NCBI GenBank assembly: GCA_031399375.1 | Contig: JANNOT010000278.1 | Location: forward strand, 1 to 34,857 | Source: Paraoceanicella sp. | GTDB lineage: Bacteria; Pseudomonadota; Alphaproteobacteria; Rhodobacterales; Rhodobacteraceae | Direction of reading: 5' to 3' | Length of the DNA: 34,857 nt | In this document: positions 27,076-34,857 of the stretch, in pieces | How the letters are laid out: the number at the start of each line of letters is the position of its first letter | Position numbering within the stretch: the first letter of the stretch is position 1 | Position numbers and translations under genes: made by a program | Notes under the pieces: generated by a model | The model's database searches: none | What the model was told of the DNA's origin: nothing | The model's input: only the letters and a program-made list of their open reading frames with translations

Positions 27076-28011
27076 ATGCGGGTGCACCGGGGCGACCAGG
27101 CGTTCGACCGCGACGGTCTGCTGGGGACGGAGACGGAGATGCCGTTTTCCGGCACCCGCAGCTACATGCGTCGGCGCCTGACGCGCGATCTGACCGGCGT
27201 GAACTACGCCGTGATGGGCATCCCCTCCGACCTCTCCACCTCCGGTCGCCCGGGGGCACGGCTGGGGCCGGAGGCGGTGCGCCGCGCGTCCGCGCAGCTC
27301 AGCTGGGGCGAGGTCTGGCCCTGGGGCTTTGACCCCTTCGACCGGCTGGCGGTGGTGGATTATGGCGACGTGTTCTACCAGCGCGGCCAGCCCGCCCAGA
27401 TGCTGGCGGCGGTCGAGGCGCAGGCGGCCCATGTGCTGGCGCAGAGCACGCGGCTGATCGGGATCGGGGGCGACCACCTCGTCACCCTCCCCCTCCTGCG
27501 CGCGCAGGCGCGGGCGCACGGGCCGCTCGCCCTCATCCAGTTCGACGCGCACCGCGACACGGCGCCGGGGGATTGGGTCGATCACGGATCCTTCGTCACC
27601 CACGCGATGCGCGAGGGGCTGATCGTGGCGGAGGCGTCGATCCAGATCGGGATCCGCACGGCCTATGCGCTCGACGATCCCATCACGGTGCTCCATCGCC
27701 CCGTCGTCCGAACGCTCGGGGTCGCGGGCGTCGCGGCGCGGATCCGGGCGGTCGTGGGCAACCGGCCCGCCTACCTCACCTTCGACATCGACGCGTTCGA
27801 TCCGGCCTTCGCCCCTGGCACCGGGACGCCCGTGGTGGACGGGTTGCTGCCCCATGAGGGGATCGACGTGGTTCGCGCGCTTGCGGGGCTCGACATCGTG
27901 GGCATGGACGTGGTCGAGGTCGCGCCGCCCTACGATCCGGCCGAGACAACGGCGCTGCTCGCTGCGTCGGTGATCCTCGAACACCTCTGCGCCGTGGCAT
28001 CCGCGCGATGA
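27076..28011 (+). CDS. speB: Ureohydrolase, agmatinase (SpeB)-like; substrate uncertain
   Basis: RPGARLGPEAVR.AS, GGDH, FDAHRD, DHGS, TFDIDAFDPAFAPGTGTP and DVVEVAPPYD. All metal ligands are intact. Confidence 0.8.
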   Translation: MRVHRGDQAFDRDGLLGTETEMPFSGTRSYMRRRLTRDLTGVNYAVMGIPSDLSTSGRPGARLGPEAVRRASAQLSWGEVWPWGFDPFDRLAVVDYGDVFYQRGQPAQMLAAVEAQAAHVLAQSTRLIGIGGDHLVTLPLLRAQARAHGPLALIQFDAHRDTAPGDWVDHGSFVTHAMREGLIVAEASIQIGIRTAYALDDPITVLHRPVVRTLGVAGVAARIRAVVGNRPAYLTFDIDAFDPAFAPGTGTPVVDGLLPHEGIDVVRALAGLDIVGMDVVEVAPPYDPAETTALLAASVILEHLCAVASAR

Positions 28012-29705
28012 GGCCGCGGCTCACCATCGATCTTTCCGTCATCGCCGCCAACACGGCCCGGGTGATGGACATCTGCCGTCCGCAGGGGGTCGAGGTCTGG
28101 GGGGTGACCAAGGCCGCCTGCGGCAACCCCGCCGTGGCGCGTGCCATGCTGCGCGGCGGTGCCACGGGGCTTGCCGACAGCCGGCTTGACAACATCCGGC
28201 GGATGCGACGCGGCGGCATCGATGCCCCGGTGATGATGCTGCGCCTGCCCTCGATGTCCGAGGCGGCCGACGTGGTCCGCCTGACCGAGATCAGCCTGAA
28301 TTCCGAGGCCGCGACCCTGCGCGCGCTCGGCGAGGCGGCGGTCGACCAAGGGGTGATCCACGGCGTGCTCGTGATGCTCGAGCTTGGCGACCGGCGTGAG
28401 GGGGCGAGTGCCGAGGAGCTCCCCCGGCTTTGCGCGATTGCCGGCGGAACCGACGGCCTGCGCCTCGCGGGCATCGGCGCCAACTTCATGTGCGCGAACG
28501 GCGTCCTGCCGAGCCTCGCCAAGATGGAGGCGCTGGTGGAGGCGTCCGAGGCGGTGGAACGGGCGCTGGGGGTCCGCGTCGCGATAATCTCCGGCGGCAA
28601 TTCGGCAAACCTGCCGGAGATGGCGGTGGCGCGCCTGCCCCACCGGGTCAACCACCTGCGGGTCGGGGCGGCGATCCTGCGGGGCGAGAACCCGCTGACG
28701 GGCGGTACCCTGCCGGGGATGCGCGACGACGCGTTCCTGCTCGAGGCCGAACTGGTGGAGCTGAAGGACAAGCCCTCCGCCCCCGACGGTATGCTGGGGC
28801 GCGATGCCTTCGGGGGCGTTCCGGTGATCCTGGACCGGGGCACGCGCCGGCGGGGGATCGTCAATCTTGGGCGGGTGGACATCAGCGCAGCCGGGCTTGC
28901 CCCGCGCACCCCCGGGGCGGAGGTGATCAGCGCGTCCTCGGACCATCTTCTCATCGACCTGACCGATGCGGCCGAGATCCGGGTGGGCGACCGGGTCAGC
29001 TTCGGGCTCGACTACGGCGCGCTCGTACAGGCGATGCTGTCACCCTACGTGGACAAAGTGCTGGCGGGGCGGGGCGCGATCGGTGCGGCCCCGCGGAGGA
29101 TCGAGATCGACGCCGACCCGGTGCTTCTCGCCCGGCCCGAGGTTGCGGCGTTCCGCGCGGCCCTGCCCGCGCTCGGCTTTGACGGCGGGGGCGGGGCGGT
29201 GCTGCGGGTCCTGATCACCGCCGACCGGCCCGACCGCCTGCCGGACCTACCCGGCGAGCTCGGCGTGCTCTGGTGCGACAGCGATCCCGGCCCGGTGGCC
29301 ATGCTGCCGGCCGAAAGCGGCGCGCTCTACGGCCTGCGCACCGCCACCCCCGGCCAGGCCGCGATGATCCGCGAGCGGGGCCTGCTCGCCCTGACCATGG
29401 AGGAGATCGACATGGTCGGCGTGCGCGAAACCATCCGCCGCGCCCTTGGCCGCGTGACGGGCAGCACCGACGGCTTCCACCTCGTCCTGCATGCGAGCCT
29501 GGGGCGCGGCATGGATGCGGACCCGCTGGAGGCGGGGCTGAACTGGCGGGAATGCTCGATGGTCATGGAGCGCATCGCCGCGTCACGCGGGCTCCGGACG
29601 ATCACGCTCGCGGGGCTCGGGGCGGAAAGCTCGGGGGCGGCGCTGGCGGTGGCGTTCGGGCATCTTCTGAGCGCGCTCGGCAAGCGTATCCTGCCCGCCG
29701 GGTGA
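28008..29705 (+). CDS. Alanine/ornithine racemase-family PLP enzyme (about aa 1-351) fused to a degenerate arginase-like C-terminal domain
   Basis: N-terminal part: GVTK (K35), LADSRLDNI, MLELGDRREG, GIGANFMC, ISGGNS, NHLRVGAAILRG, AELVELKDKPS, ASSDHLLID and SPYVDK. C-terminal part: LGVLWCD, LYGLR, TMEEID.VG, DGFHL, GLNWRE and ALGKRIL. Confidence 0.85.
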   Translation: MRPRLTIDLSVIAANTARVMDICRPQGVEVWGVTKAACGNPAVARAMLRGGATGLADSRLDNIRRMRRGGIDAPVMMLRLPSMSEAADVVRLTEISLNSEAATLRALGEAAVDQGVIHGVLVMLELGDRREGASAEELPRLCAIAGGTDGLRLAGIGANFMCANGVLPSLAKMEALVEASEAVERALGVRVAIISGGNSANLPEMAVARLPHRVNHLRVGAAILRGENPLTGGTLPGMRDDAFLLEAELVELKDKPSAPDGMLGRDAFGGVPVILDRGTRRRGIVNLGRVDISAAGLAPRTPGAEVISASSDHLLIDLTDAAEIRVGDRVSFGLDYGALVQAMLSPYVDKVLAGRGAIGAAPRRIEIDADPVLLARPEVAAFRAALPALGFDGGGGAVLRVLITADRPDRLPDLPGELGVLWCDSDPGPVAMLPAESGALYGLRTATPGQAAMIRERGLLALTMEEIDMVGVRETIRRALGRVTGSTDGFHLVLHASLGRGMDADPLEAGLNWRECSMVMERIAASRGLRTITLAGLGAESSGAALAVAFGHLLSALGKRILPAG

Positions 29706-29765
29706 CGCCGGACCCGCGCCGCGATGGTCGCACAGGAGGCGGAAGCCGCGGGGGGACGGACGCCC

Positions 29766-31100
29766 TCATCCCAGGCCGTCGAGCGCCGCGCGGAACCGCG
29801 CCGCGACCGTGTCGCGGGCCCTGTGGCGGCCGTCCTGGACCACGTGGCGCCCGGCGGACCACACATCGCGCACGACGCGGTCATCAGCCGCGAAGATCCA
29901 GGCGTCGAGCAGCCCTGGGGGCGGGACGGCGTGGAAGGCGAGCGCCGCGGCGTCGAGCGCCACGAGATCGCCGAGCCGCCCCGGGGCGATGGCGCCCGCG
30001 GGCCGACCGAGCGCCTGCACCCCGCCCGCGAGGATGCGGGTGAAGAGGCTGTGGCCGGTGGAGCCGTCGCCGCCTGCCATCACGGTGCGGGCGATGTCGC
30101 GCTGGCGCTGGGAGTATTCGAGGGTCCGCAATTCCTCGGCCAGGGCGATGCGGACGTTGGAATCCGATCCGATGCCGATGGCGCCCCCCGCGGCCAGAAA
30201 ATCCGGTCCGGGAAAGGGGCCGTCGCCCAGGTTCGCCTCGGTGATCGGGCAGAGCCCCGCGACCGCCCCGGTCCGGGCGAGGCCCGCGGTCTCGGCCGCC
30301 GTCATGTGGGTGGCGTGGATCAGGCACCAGTCCGGCCCGAGGGGAAGGTGGTCGAGCGCCCAGGCGACCGGGCGCGCGCCGAGCCAGGCCTCGACCTCGG
30401 CCACCTCGCGCGGCTGCTCGGCGATATGCATGTGGATGGGCCCCGGGGCATGGGGCAGCACCGCGGCCAGTCCCCCCGGCGTCGTTGCGCGCAGGGAATG
30501 GGGCGCGATGCCGAGCCGGTGGTCGGGGGGCGCCGGATCGGCCGCGAGCCGCTCGACCAGCCGCAGGAATGCCTCGGGCGTGTGCCCGAACGCGCGCTGC
30601 CCCCCGGCCAGCGGCTGGCCGCCGGTGCCGCCATGAGTGTAGAGCACGGGCAGCAGGGTGAGGCCGATCCCCACGGTCGCTGCCGCGGCCCGGATCCGCC
30701 GCGACATCTCGGCCGGATCGGCATAGGGCGTCCCGTCGGGTCGGTGATGGAGGTAGTGGAACTCCGCCACCGCCGCATACCCGGCCTCCAGCATCTCCAG
30801 AAACGTCTGGGCCGCGATGGCCTCGACCGCCTCGGGCGTCAGACGCTCCACGAACCGGTACATCAGGCTGCGCCATGACCAGAAGCTGTCCTGGCCCGCC
30901 CGGACCTCGGTCCGACCGGCCATTGCGCGCTGGAAGCTGTGGGAATGAAGATTGGCAGGGGCCGGCAGCAGGATGCGCACCTGCGCGCCCGCCACACCCG
31001 TCTCGACCCCGGTGATCGTCCCGTCCGCCCCCAGCGTGACCGCGACGTCGCGCACCCATCCACCGGGCAGCAGGGCATGGGTGGCGGTGATGCGGGCCAT
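29766..31100 (-). CDS. hutF: Formimidoylglutamate deiminase
   Basis: NLHSHSFQRAMAG, DSFWSWR..MY, EFHYLHH, APHSLRA, HMHIAEQ, LCPITEANLGDG and GSDSN. Confidence 0.95.
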   Translation of the reverse strand: MARITATHALLPGGWVRDVAVTLGADGTITGVETGVAGAQVRILLPAPANLHSHSFQRAMAGRTEVRAGQDSFWSWRSLMYRFVERLTPEAVEAIAAQTFLEMLEAGYAAVAEFHYLHHRPDGTPYADPAEMSRRIRAAAATVGIGLTLLPVLYTHGGTGGQPLAGGQRAFGHTPEAFLRLVERLAADPAPPDHRLGIAPHSLRATTPGGLAAVLPHAPGPIHMHIAEQPREVAEVEAWLGARPVAWALDHLPLGPDWCLIHATHMTAAETAGLARTGAVAGLCPITEANLGDGPFPGPDFLAAGGAIGIGSDSNVRIALAEELRTLEYSQRQRDIARTVMAGGDGSTGHSLFTRILAGGVQALGRPAGAIAPGRLGDLVALDAAALAFHAVPPPGLLDAWIFAADDRVVRDVWSAGRHVVQDGRHRARDTVAARFRAALDGLG

Positions 31101-31130
31101 CGGCGATCCCTTGCGAGCGTCGGCGGGTCG

Positions 31131-31146
31131 GATATCTATGGACAGG
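31131..31146. promoter_or_regulatory. Putative HutC operator between hutF and hutD
   Basis: ATCTATGGACA (minus strand TGTCCATAGAT), a degenerate TGT-N4-ACA GntR/HutC-type site in the divergent intergenic region. Confidence 0.45.
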
Positions 31147-31178
31147 ACCATTCCCGCTGCCAAGCCCCGGGAGATTTT

Positions 31179-31748
31179 GTGGAGCGGATCGGCCCCGGCG
31201 ATTACCGCCCCCAGCCCTGGCGCAATGGGCGCGGGCTTACCGAGGAGATTGCGCGTTCGCGCCCATCCCTGCCCTCGGGGGCGCCGCTGTGGCGGCTGAG
31301 CCGGGCGGTCGTGGCGGGGGGCGGGCCATTCTCGGTCTTCCCCGAATATCGCCGCTGGCTGACGCTGCTGACCGGGACGGGGCTGCGCCTGACCGGCCCG
31401 GGGCTCGACATCGTGCTGGGGCCAGGCGAGACGGCGGCGTTCGACGGGGCGCTGCCGGTGACGGGGACGCTGACGGGTGGTCCGGTGGAGGTTCTGAACC
31501 TCATGGCCGTGCCAGAGGTCGGGGCGACGGCCGCGGTGGTGCGGCCCGGGATGCGGCTGGCCTGGCGGGCAAGCGGGCGCGGGATGCTCCACGGTGCCGC
31601 GGGTCGGCTCCGGCTCGGCCGGGCCAACCTGCGCGCGGGCGGGACGCTGCTGCTGGATCCCGGCGACGCGGCGACCGTGCTGCCGCTCGGGGGCAGCGGC
31701 TGGGGGGTCTGGGCGGCGGTGGAGGGCGCGGATCATGTCTGGACATGA
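31179..31748 (+). CDS. hutD: HutD/Ves family protein
   Basis: GTG start after GGAGA; PWRNGRGLTEEIA, WRLSRA, GPFSVFP.YRR.LTLL.G.GL.L and LNLM. Confidence 0.88.
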   Translation: MERIGPGDYRPQPWRNGRGLTEEIARSRPSLPSGAPLWRLSRAVVAGGGPFSVFPEYRRWLTLLTGTGLRLTGPGLDIVLGPGETAAFDGALPVTGTLTGGPVEVLNLMAVPEVGATAAVVRPGMRLAWRASGRGMLHGAAGRLRLGRANLRAGGTLLLDPGDAATVLPLGGSGWGVWAAVEGADHVWT

Positions 31749-31750
31749 TC
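31731..31750. promoter_or_regulatory. Putative HutC operator upstream of hutI
   Basis: Near-perfect 20-bp palindrome GATCATGTC-TG-GACATGATC with a TGTCTGGACA core. Confidence 0.6.
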
Positions 31751-31802
31751 CCCCGGCCCCGGGCAGGATGACCGCTCACCCCGCCCCGGGACCCGTCCAC
31801 CC

Positions 31803-33005
31803 ATGCCCCAGGATGCCCTGCTCGTCGATCTCGACGCGGCCACGCTCCGGCCGGGGACTGCGGAGTATGGCCTGATCCCGCGGGCAGCGATCGCGGTCGA
31901 GGGCGGGCGCATCGGCTGGGTGGGGTCCGGGGACGCCGTGCCGGACCAGTGGCAGCACCTGCCGCAGGCGCGCCAGGGCGGGCGGCTGGTCACGCCCGGG
32001 CTGATCGACTGCCATACCCATCTCGTCCATGGCGGGCACCGCGCGCGGGAGTTCGAACAGCGGCTCCGGGGTGCGACCTATGCCGAGATCGCGCGGGCCG
32101 GCGGCGGGATCGTCTCGACGGTCGCTGCGACACGCGACGCCTCCGAGGCAGCGCTCCTGGCCGGTGCCCTGACCCGGGCCGATGCGCTGATCGCAGAGGG
32201 GGTGACGACCATCGAGATCAAGTCGGGCTACGGGCTCGATATCGACACCGAGCTTGCGATGCTGCGGGTCGCGCGCGCGGTCGCGGCAGCACGGCCGATC
32301 CGGGTGCGCACCACCTTCCTCGGCGCCCACGCGGTCCCGGACGGGATGGACGCCGACACCTATATCGACGCGGTCTGCATCCCGGCGCTGGAGGCGGCGG
32401 CGGCGGCGGGGCTGGCCGATGCGGTGGACGGGTTCTGTGAGGGGATCGCGTTCTCGCCCGCCCAGATCGCCCGGGTCTTCCGGCGCGCCCGCGCGCTGGG
32501 GCTGCCGGTCAAGCTCCATGCCGAGCAGCTCTCGACCCTTGGCGGCGCGCGGCTTGCGGCGTCCTTCGGCGCGCTCTCGGCGGATCATCTGGAATATCTC
32601 GATGCCGACGGAATCGCGGCCCTGGCGGCGTCCGGGACGGTCGCCGTCCTGCTGCCGGGCGCGTTCTACACGTTGCGCGAGACGCAGGCCCCGCCGGTCG
32701 CCGCGCTGCGCGCCGCGGGTGTGGCGATGGCGCTCGCGACGGACTGCAACCCCGGCTCCTCGCCGATGACCTCGCTGCTTCTCGCCCTCAACATGGGCTG
32801 CACCCTCTTTCGCCTGACCCCGGACGAGGCGCTGGCGGGGGTCACGCGGACCGCGGCCCGCGCGCTCGGGCTCGAGGATTGCGGGGTCATCGCGCCCGGC
32901 AAGCGCGCCGATCTCTGCGTCTGGGACGTGGAGCATCCGGCCGAGCTTGCGTACCGCATCGGGTTCAACCCGCTCCATCGGCGGATCTTCGGGGGCAGCG
33001 CATGA
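31803..33005 (+). CDS. hutI: Imidazolonepropionase
   Basis: [46 protein letters not shown] and [10 protein letters not shown]. Confidence 0.96.
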   Translation: MPQDALLVDLDAATLRPGTAEYGLIPRAAIAVEGGRIGWVGSGDAVPDQWQHLPQARQGGRLVTPGLIDCHTHLVHGGHRAREFEQRLRGATYAEIARAGGGIVSTVAATRDASEAALLAGALTRADALIAEGVTTIEIKSGYGLDIDTELAMLRVARAVAAARPIRVRTTFLGAHAVPDGMDADTYIDAVCIPALEAAAAAGLADAVDGFCEGIAFSPAQIARVFRRARALGLPVKLHAEQLSTLGGARLAASFGALSADHLEYLDADGIAALAASGTVAVLLPGAFYTLRETQAPPVAALRAAGVAMALATDCNPGSSPMTSLLLALNMGCTLFRLTPDEALAGVTRTAARALGLEDCGVIAPGKRADLCVWDVEHPAELAYRIGFNPLHRRIFGGSA

Positions 33006-34522
33006 TCCTGATGCCAGGCGAGGCGACGCTCGCCGACCTCGCCCGCGTGTGGTGGGGGGGCGAGGCGGTGGCGCTCGACCCCGCCTGTCGTCCAGGGGTC
33101 GAACGCGCGGCGGCAGCCGTCGCCGCGGCGGTCGCGGGCGGGGCAGCGGTCTACGGCGTCAACACCGGCTTTGGCAAGCTGGCGAGCGTCAGGATCGCGC
33201 CCGCGGACACGGCGACGCTCCAGCGCAACCTGATCCGGTCCCATTGCGCCGGGGTGGGGGCACCGATGCCGGTCCGGGTCGTGCGGCTGATGATGGCGCT
33301 GAAACTGCTGTCGCTGGGGCGCGGCGCGTCGGGCGTGCGCTGGGCGCTGATCGCGCTGATCGAAGGGATGCTTGCCCGCGGCGTCACTCCCGTGGTCCCT
33401 GCCCAGGGGTCGGTCGGTGCCTCCGGCGACCTCGCGCCCCTGGCGCATATGACGGCGGTGATGATCGGCGAAGGGACGGCCGAGATCGGCGGGGTCGCGA
33501 TGCCCGGGGCGGCGGCATTGGCGGCGGCGGGGCTGTCGCCCGTGCCGCTGGGGGCCAAGGAGGGCCTCGCCTTCATCAAGGGGACGCAGTTTTCGACGTC
33601 CTATGCGCTCGCGGGCCTCTTCGAGGGCTGGCGGGCGGCGGAGGGGGCGCTCGTGACCTCGGCCCTGTCCACGGATGCCATCATGGGCTCCACCGCGCCG
33701 CTTCACCCCGAGATCCACGCGCTGCGCGGTCACCGGGGGCAGATCGAGGCGGCAGCGGCGCTGCGCGCGCTGCTGGAGGGCTCGGCCATCCGCGACAGCC
33801 ACCGCGAGGGGGACGCGCGGGTGCAGGATCCCTACTGCATCCGCTGTCAGCCCCAGGTGACGGGTGCCGCCATGGACCTGATGCGCCAGGCGGGGAGCAC
33901 ACTGGCGATCGAGGCCAATGCGGCCACCGACAACCCGCTCGTGCTCGGGGATGCGATCGTGTCGGGCGGCAATTTCCACGCCGAACCCGTGGCCTTCGCC
34001 GCCGACATGCTCGCCCTCGCCATCGCCGAGGTGGGGGCGATCGCGCAGCGCCGGGTGGCGCTGATGGTGGATCCCGCGCTCAGCTTCGACCTGCCGCCGT
34101 TCCTCACGCCGGACCCCGGCCTCAACTCCGGCTTCATGATCGCCGAGGTGACGGCGGCGGCGCTGATGAGCGAGAACAAGCAGCGCGCCGCCCCCTGTTC
34201 GACCGACAGCACGCCCACGTCGGCCAATCAGGAGGACCATGTGAGCATGGCCGCCCATGGCGCGCGTCGCCTGGTGGAGATGAACGCGAACCTCGCGCGC
34301 ATCCTCGGCATCGAGCTGCTCTGCGCGGCGCAAGGTGTGGAGTTCCGCGCGCCCCTGACCACCTCCGCCCCCCTCGCCCGGGTGCTGACGCGGGTCAGGG
34401 CCGACGTGCCGCCGCTCGGCCCCGACCGCTACATGGCGGACGATCTTGAGGCAGGCGCCGCCCTGATCCGCAGCGGCGCGGTGGTGCAGGCGGCGGGGAT
34501 TCCGCTGGTCCCGCCCCTGTGA
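33002..34522 (+). CDS. hutH: Histidine ammonia-lyase
   Basis: [25 protein letters not shown] (MIO-forming ASG), [19 protein letters not shown] and [13 protein letters not shown] overlap with hutI. Confidence 0.96.
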   Translation: MILMPGEATLADLARVWWGGEAVALDPACRPGVERAAAAVAAAVAGGAAVYGVNTGFGKLASVRIAPADTATLQRNLIRSHCAGVGAPMPVRVVRLMMALKLLSLGRGASGVRWALIALIEGMLARGVTPVVPAQGSVGASGDLAPLAHMTAVMIGEGTAEIGGVAMPGAAALAAAGLSPVPLGAKEGLAFIKGTQFSTSYALAGLFEGWRAAEGALVTSALSTDAIMGSTAPLHPEIHALRGHRGQIEAAAALRALLEGSAIRDSHREGDARVQDPYCIRCQPQVTGAAMDLMRQAGSTLAIEANAATDNPLVLGDAIVSGGNFHAEPVAFAADMLALAIAEVGAIAQRRVALMVDPALSFDLPPFLTPDPGLNSGFMIAEVTAAALMSENKQRAAPCSTDSTPTSANQEDHVSMAAHGARRLVEMNANLARILGIELLCAAQGVEFRAPLTTSAPLARVLTRVRADVPPLGPDRYMADDLEAGAALIRSGAVVQAAGIPLVPPL

Positions 34523-34637
34523 CGACCATGGCGGACCGGGCCGGGGTGCGGCGTGGACCGGCCATGCCCGGCGCCCCCGGCCCGGCCGCAGCGCCCGGCG
34601 CGGCCGCTTTTTCCCCCGCGCCCCGCGGGCCGCGCCC

Positions 34638-34857
34638 ATGATGCCGGTCGTGGTCGAGCCGAGCGACGGTCCCGTGGTGCTCGGCATGCCTCATGTGGGA
34701 ACCTGGCTGCCCGAGGACGTGGCAGAGGCCCTGAACCCGCGCGGTCGCCTGCTGCGCGACACCGACTGGCATGTCAATCGGCTCTATGCCGGGCTCCTGC
34801 CCTCGGCCACCACGGTGCGCGCGACCTTCCACCGCTATGTGATCGACGCGAACCGCG
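34638..34857 (+). CDS. hutG: N-formylglutamate deformylase/amidohydrolase (partial, runs off the right edge)
   Basis: My translation: MMPVVVEPSDGPVVLGMPHVGTWLP...DTDWHVNRLY...RATFHRYVIDANR, containing the family motifs PH.G, DTDWH and RYVID.NR. Confidence 0.92.
   Translation, partial: MMPVVVEPSDGPVVLGMPHVGTWLPEDVAEALNPRGRLLRDTDWHVNRLYAGLLPSATTVRATFHRYVIDANR

Noticed and set aside
1-34857. CRISPR arrays, tRNA/rRNA, transposases, integrases, phage or defence genes
   Set aside because: No spaced direct repeats, RNA-gene signatures or such protein motifs were seen by eye. Nearly all of the sequence is explained by housekeeping or metabolic CDSs, and intergenic gaps are at most about 320 bp.

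Overview
High-GC chromosomal window that looks alphaproteobacterial (Rhodobacteraceae-like; inferred from trcR/DUF1013, the dapC-ftsK coupling and the hut layout). It is densely coding, and I saw no rRNA, tRNA, CRISPR or mobile element. Left to right: ftsK (runs off the left edge), a dapC-like aminotransferase, an ilvE-like aminotransferase, a quinone oxidoreductase, an orphan small ORF, RNase T2, trcR, a DMT transporter and a TetR-MFP-RND efflux operon. Next is a full kdp locus: an extra 27-aa membrane peptide plus kdpFABCDE, with kdpD broken by a +1 frameshift. Then come a second DMT, a second orphan ORF and a divergent sugar cluster (aldose dehydrogenase and lactonase versus ribokinase and RbsD/FucU mutarotase). 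A three-gene operon follows, and the window ends with hutF facing away from hutD-hutI-hutH-hutG (hutG partial). The best novelty candidate is that three-gene operon at 25980-29705. It encodes a DauA-like D-amino-acid dehydrogenase, an intact ureohydrolase, and a PLP ornithine/lysine-racemase-family protein fused to a C-terminal arginase-fold domain that has lost its metal ligands. All family assignments come from motifs recognised by eye; no searches were run.
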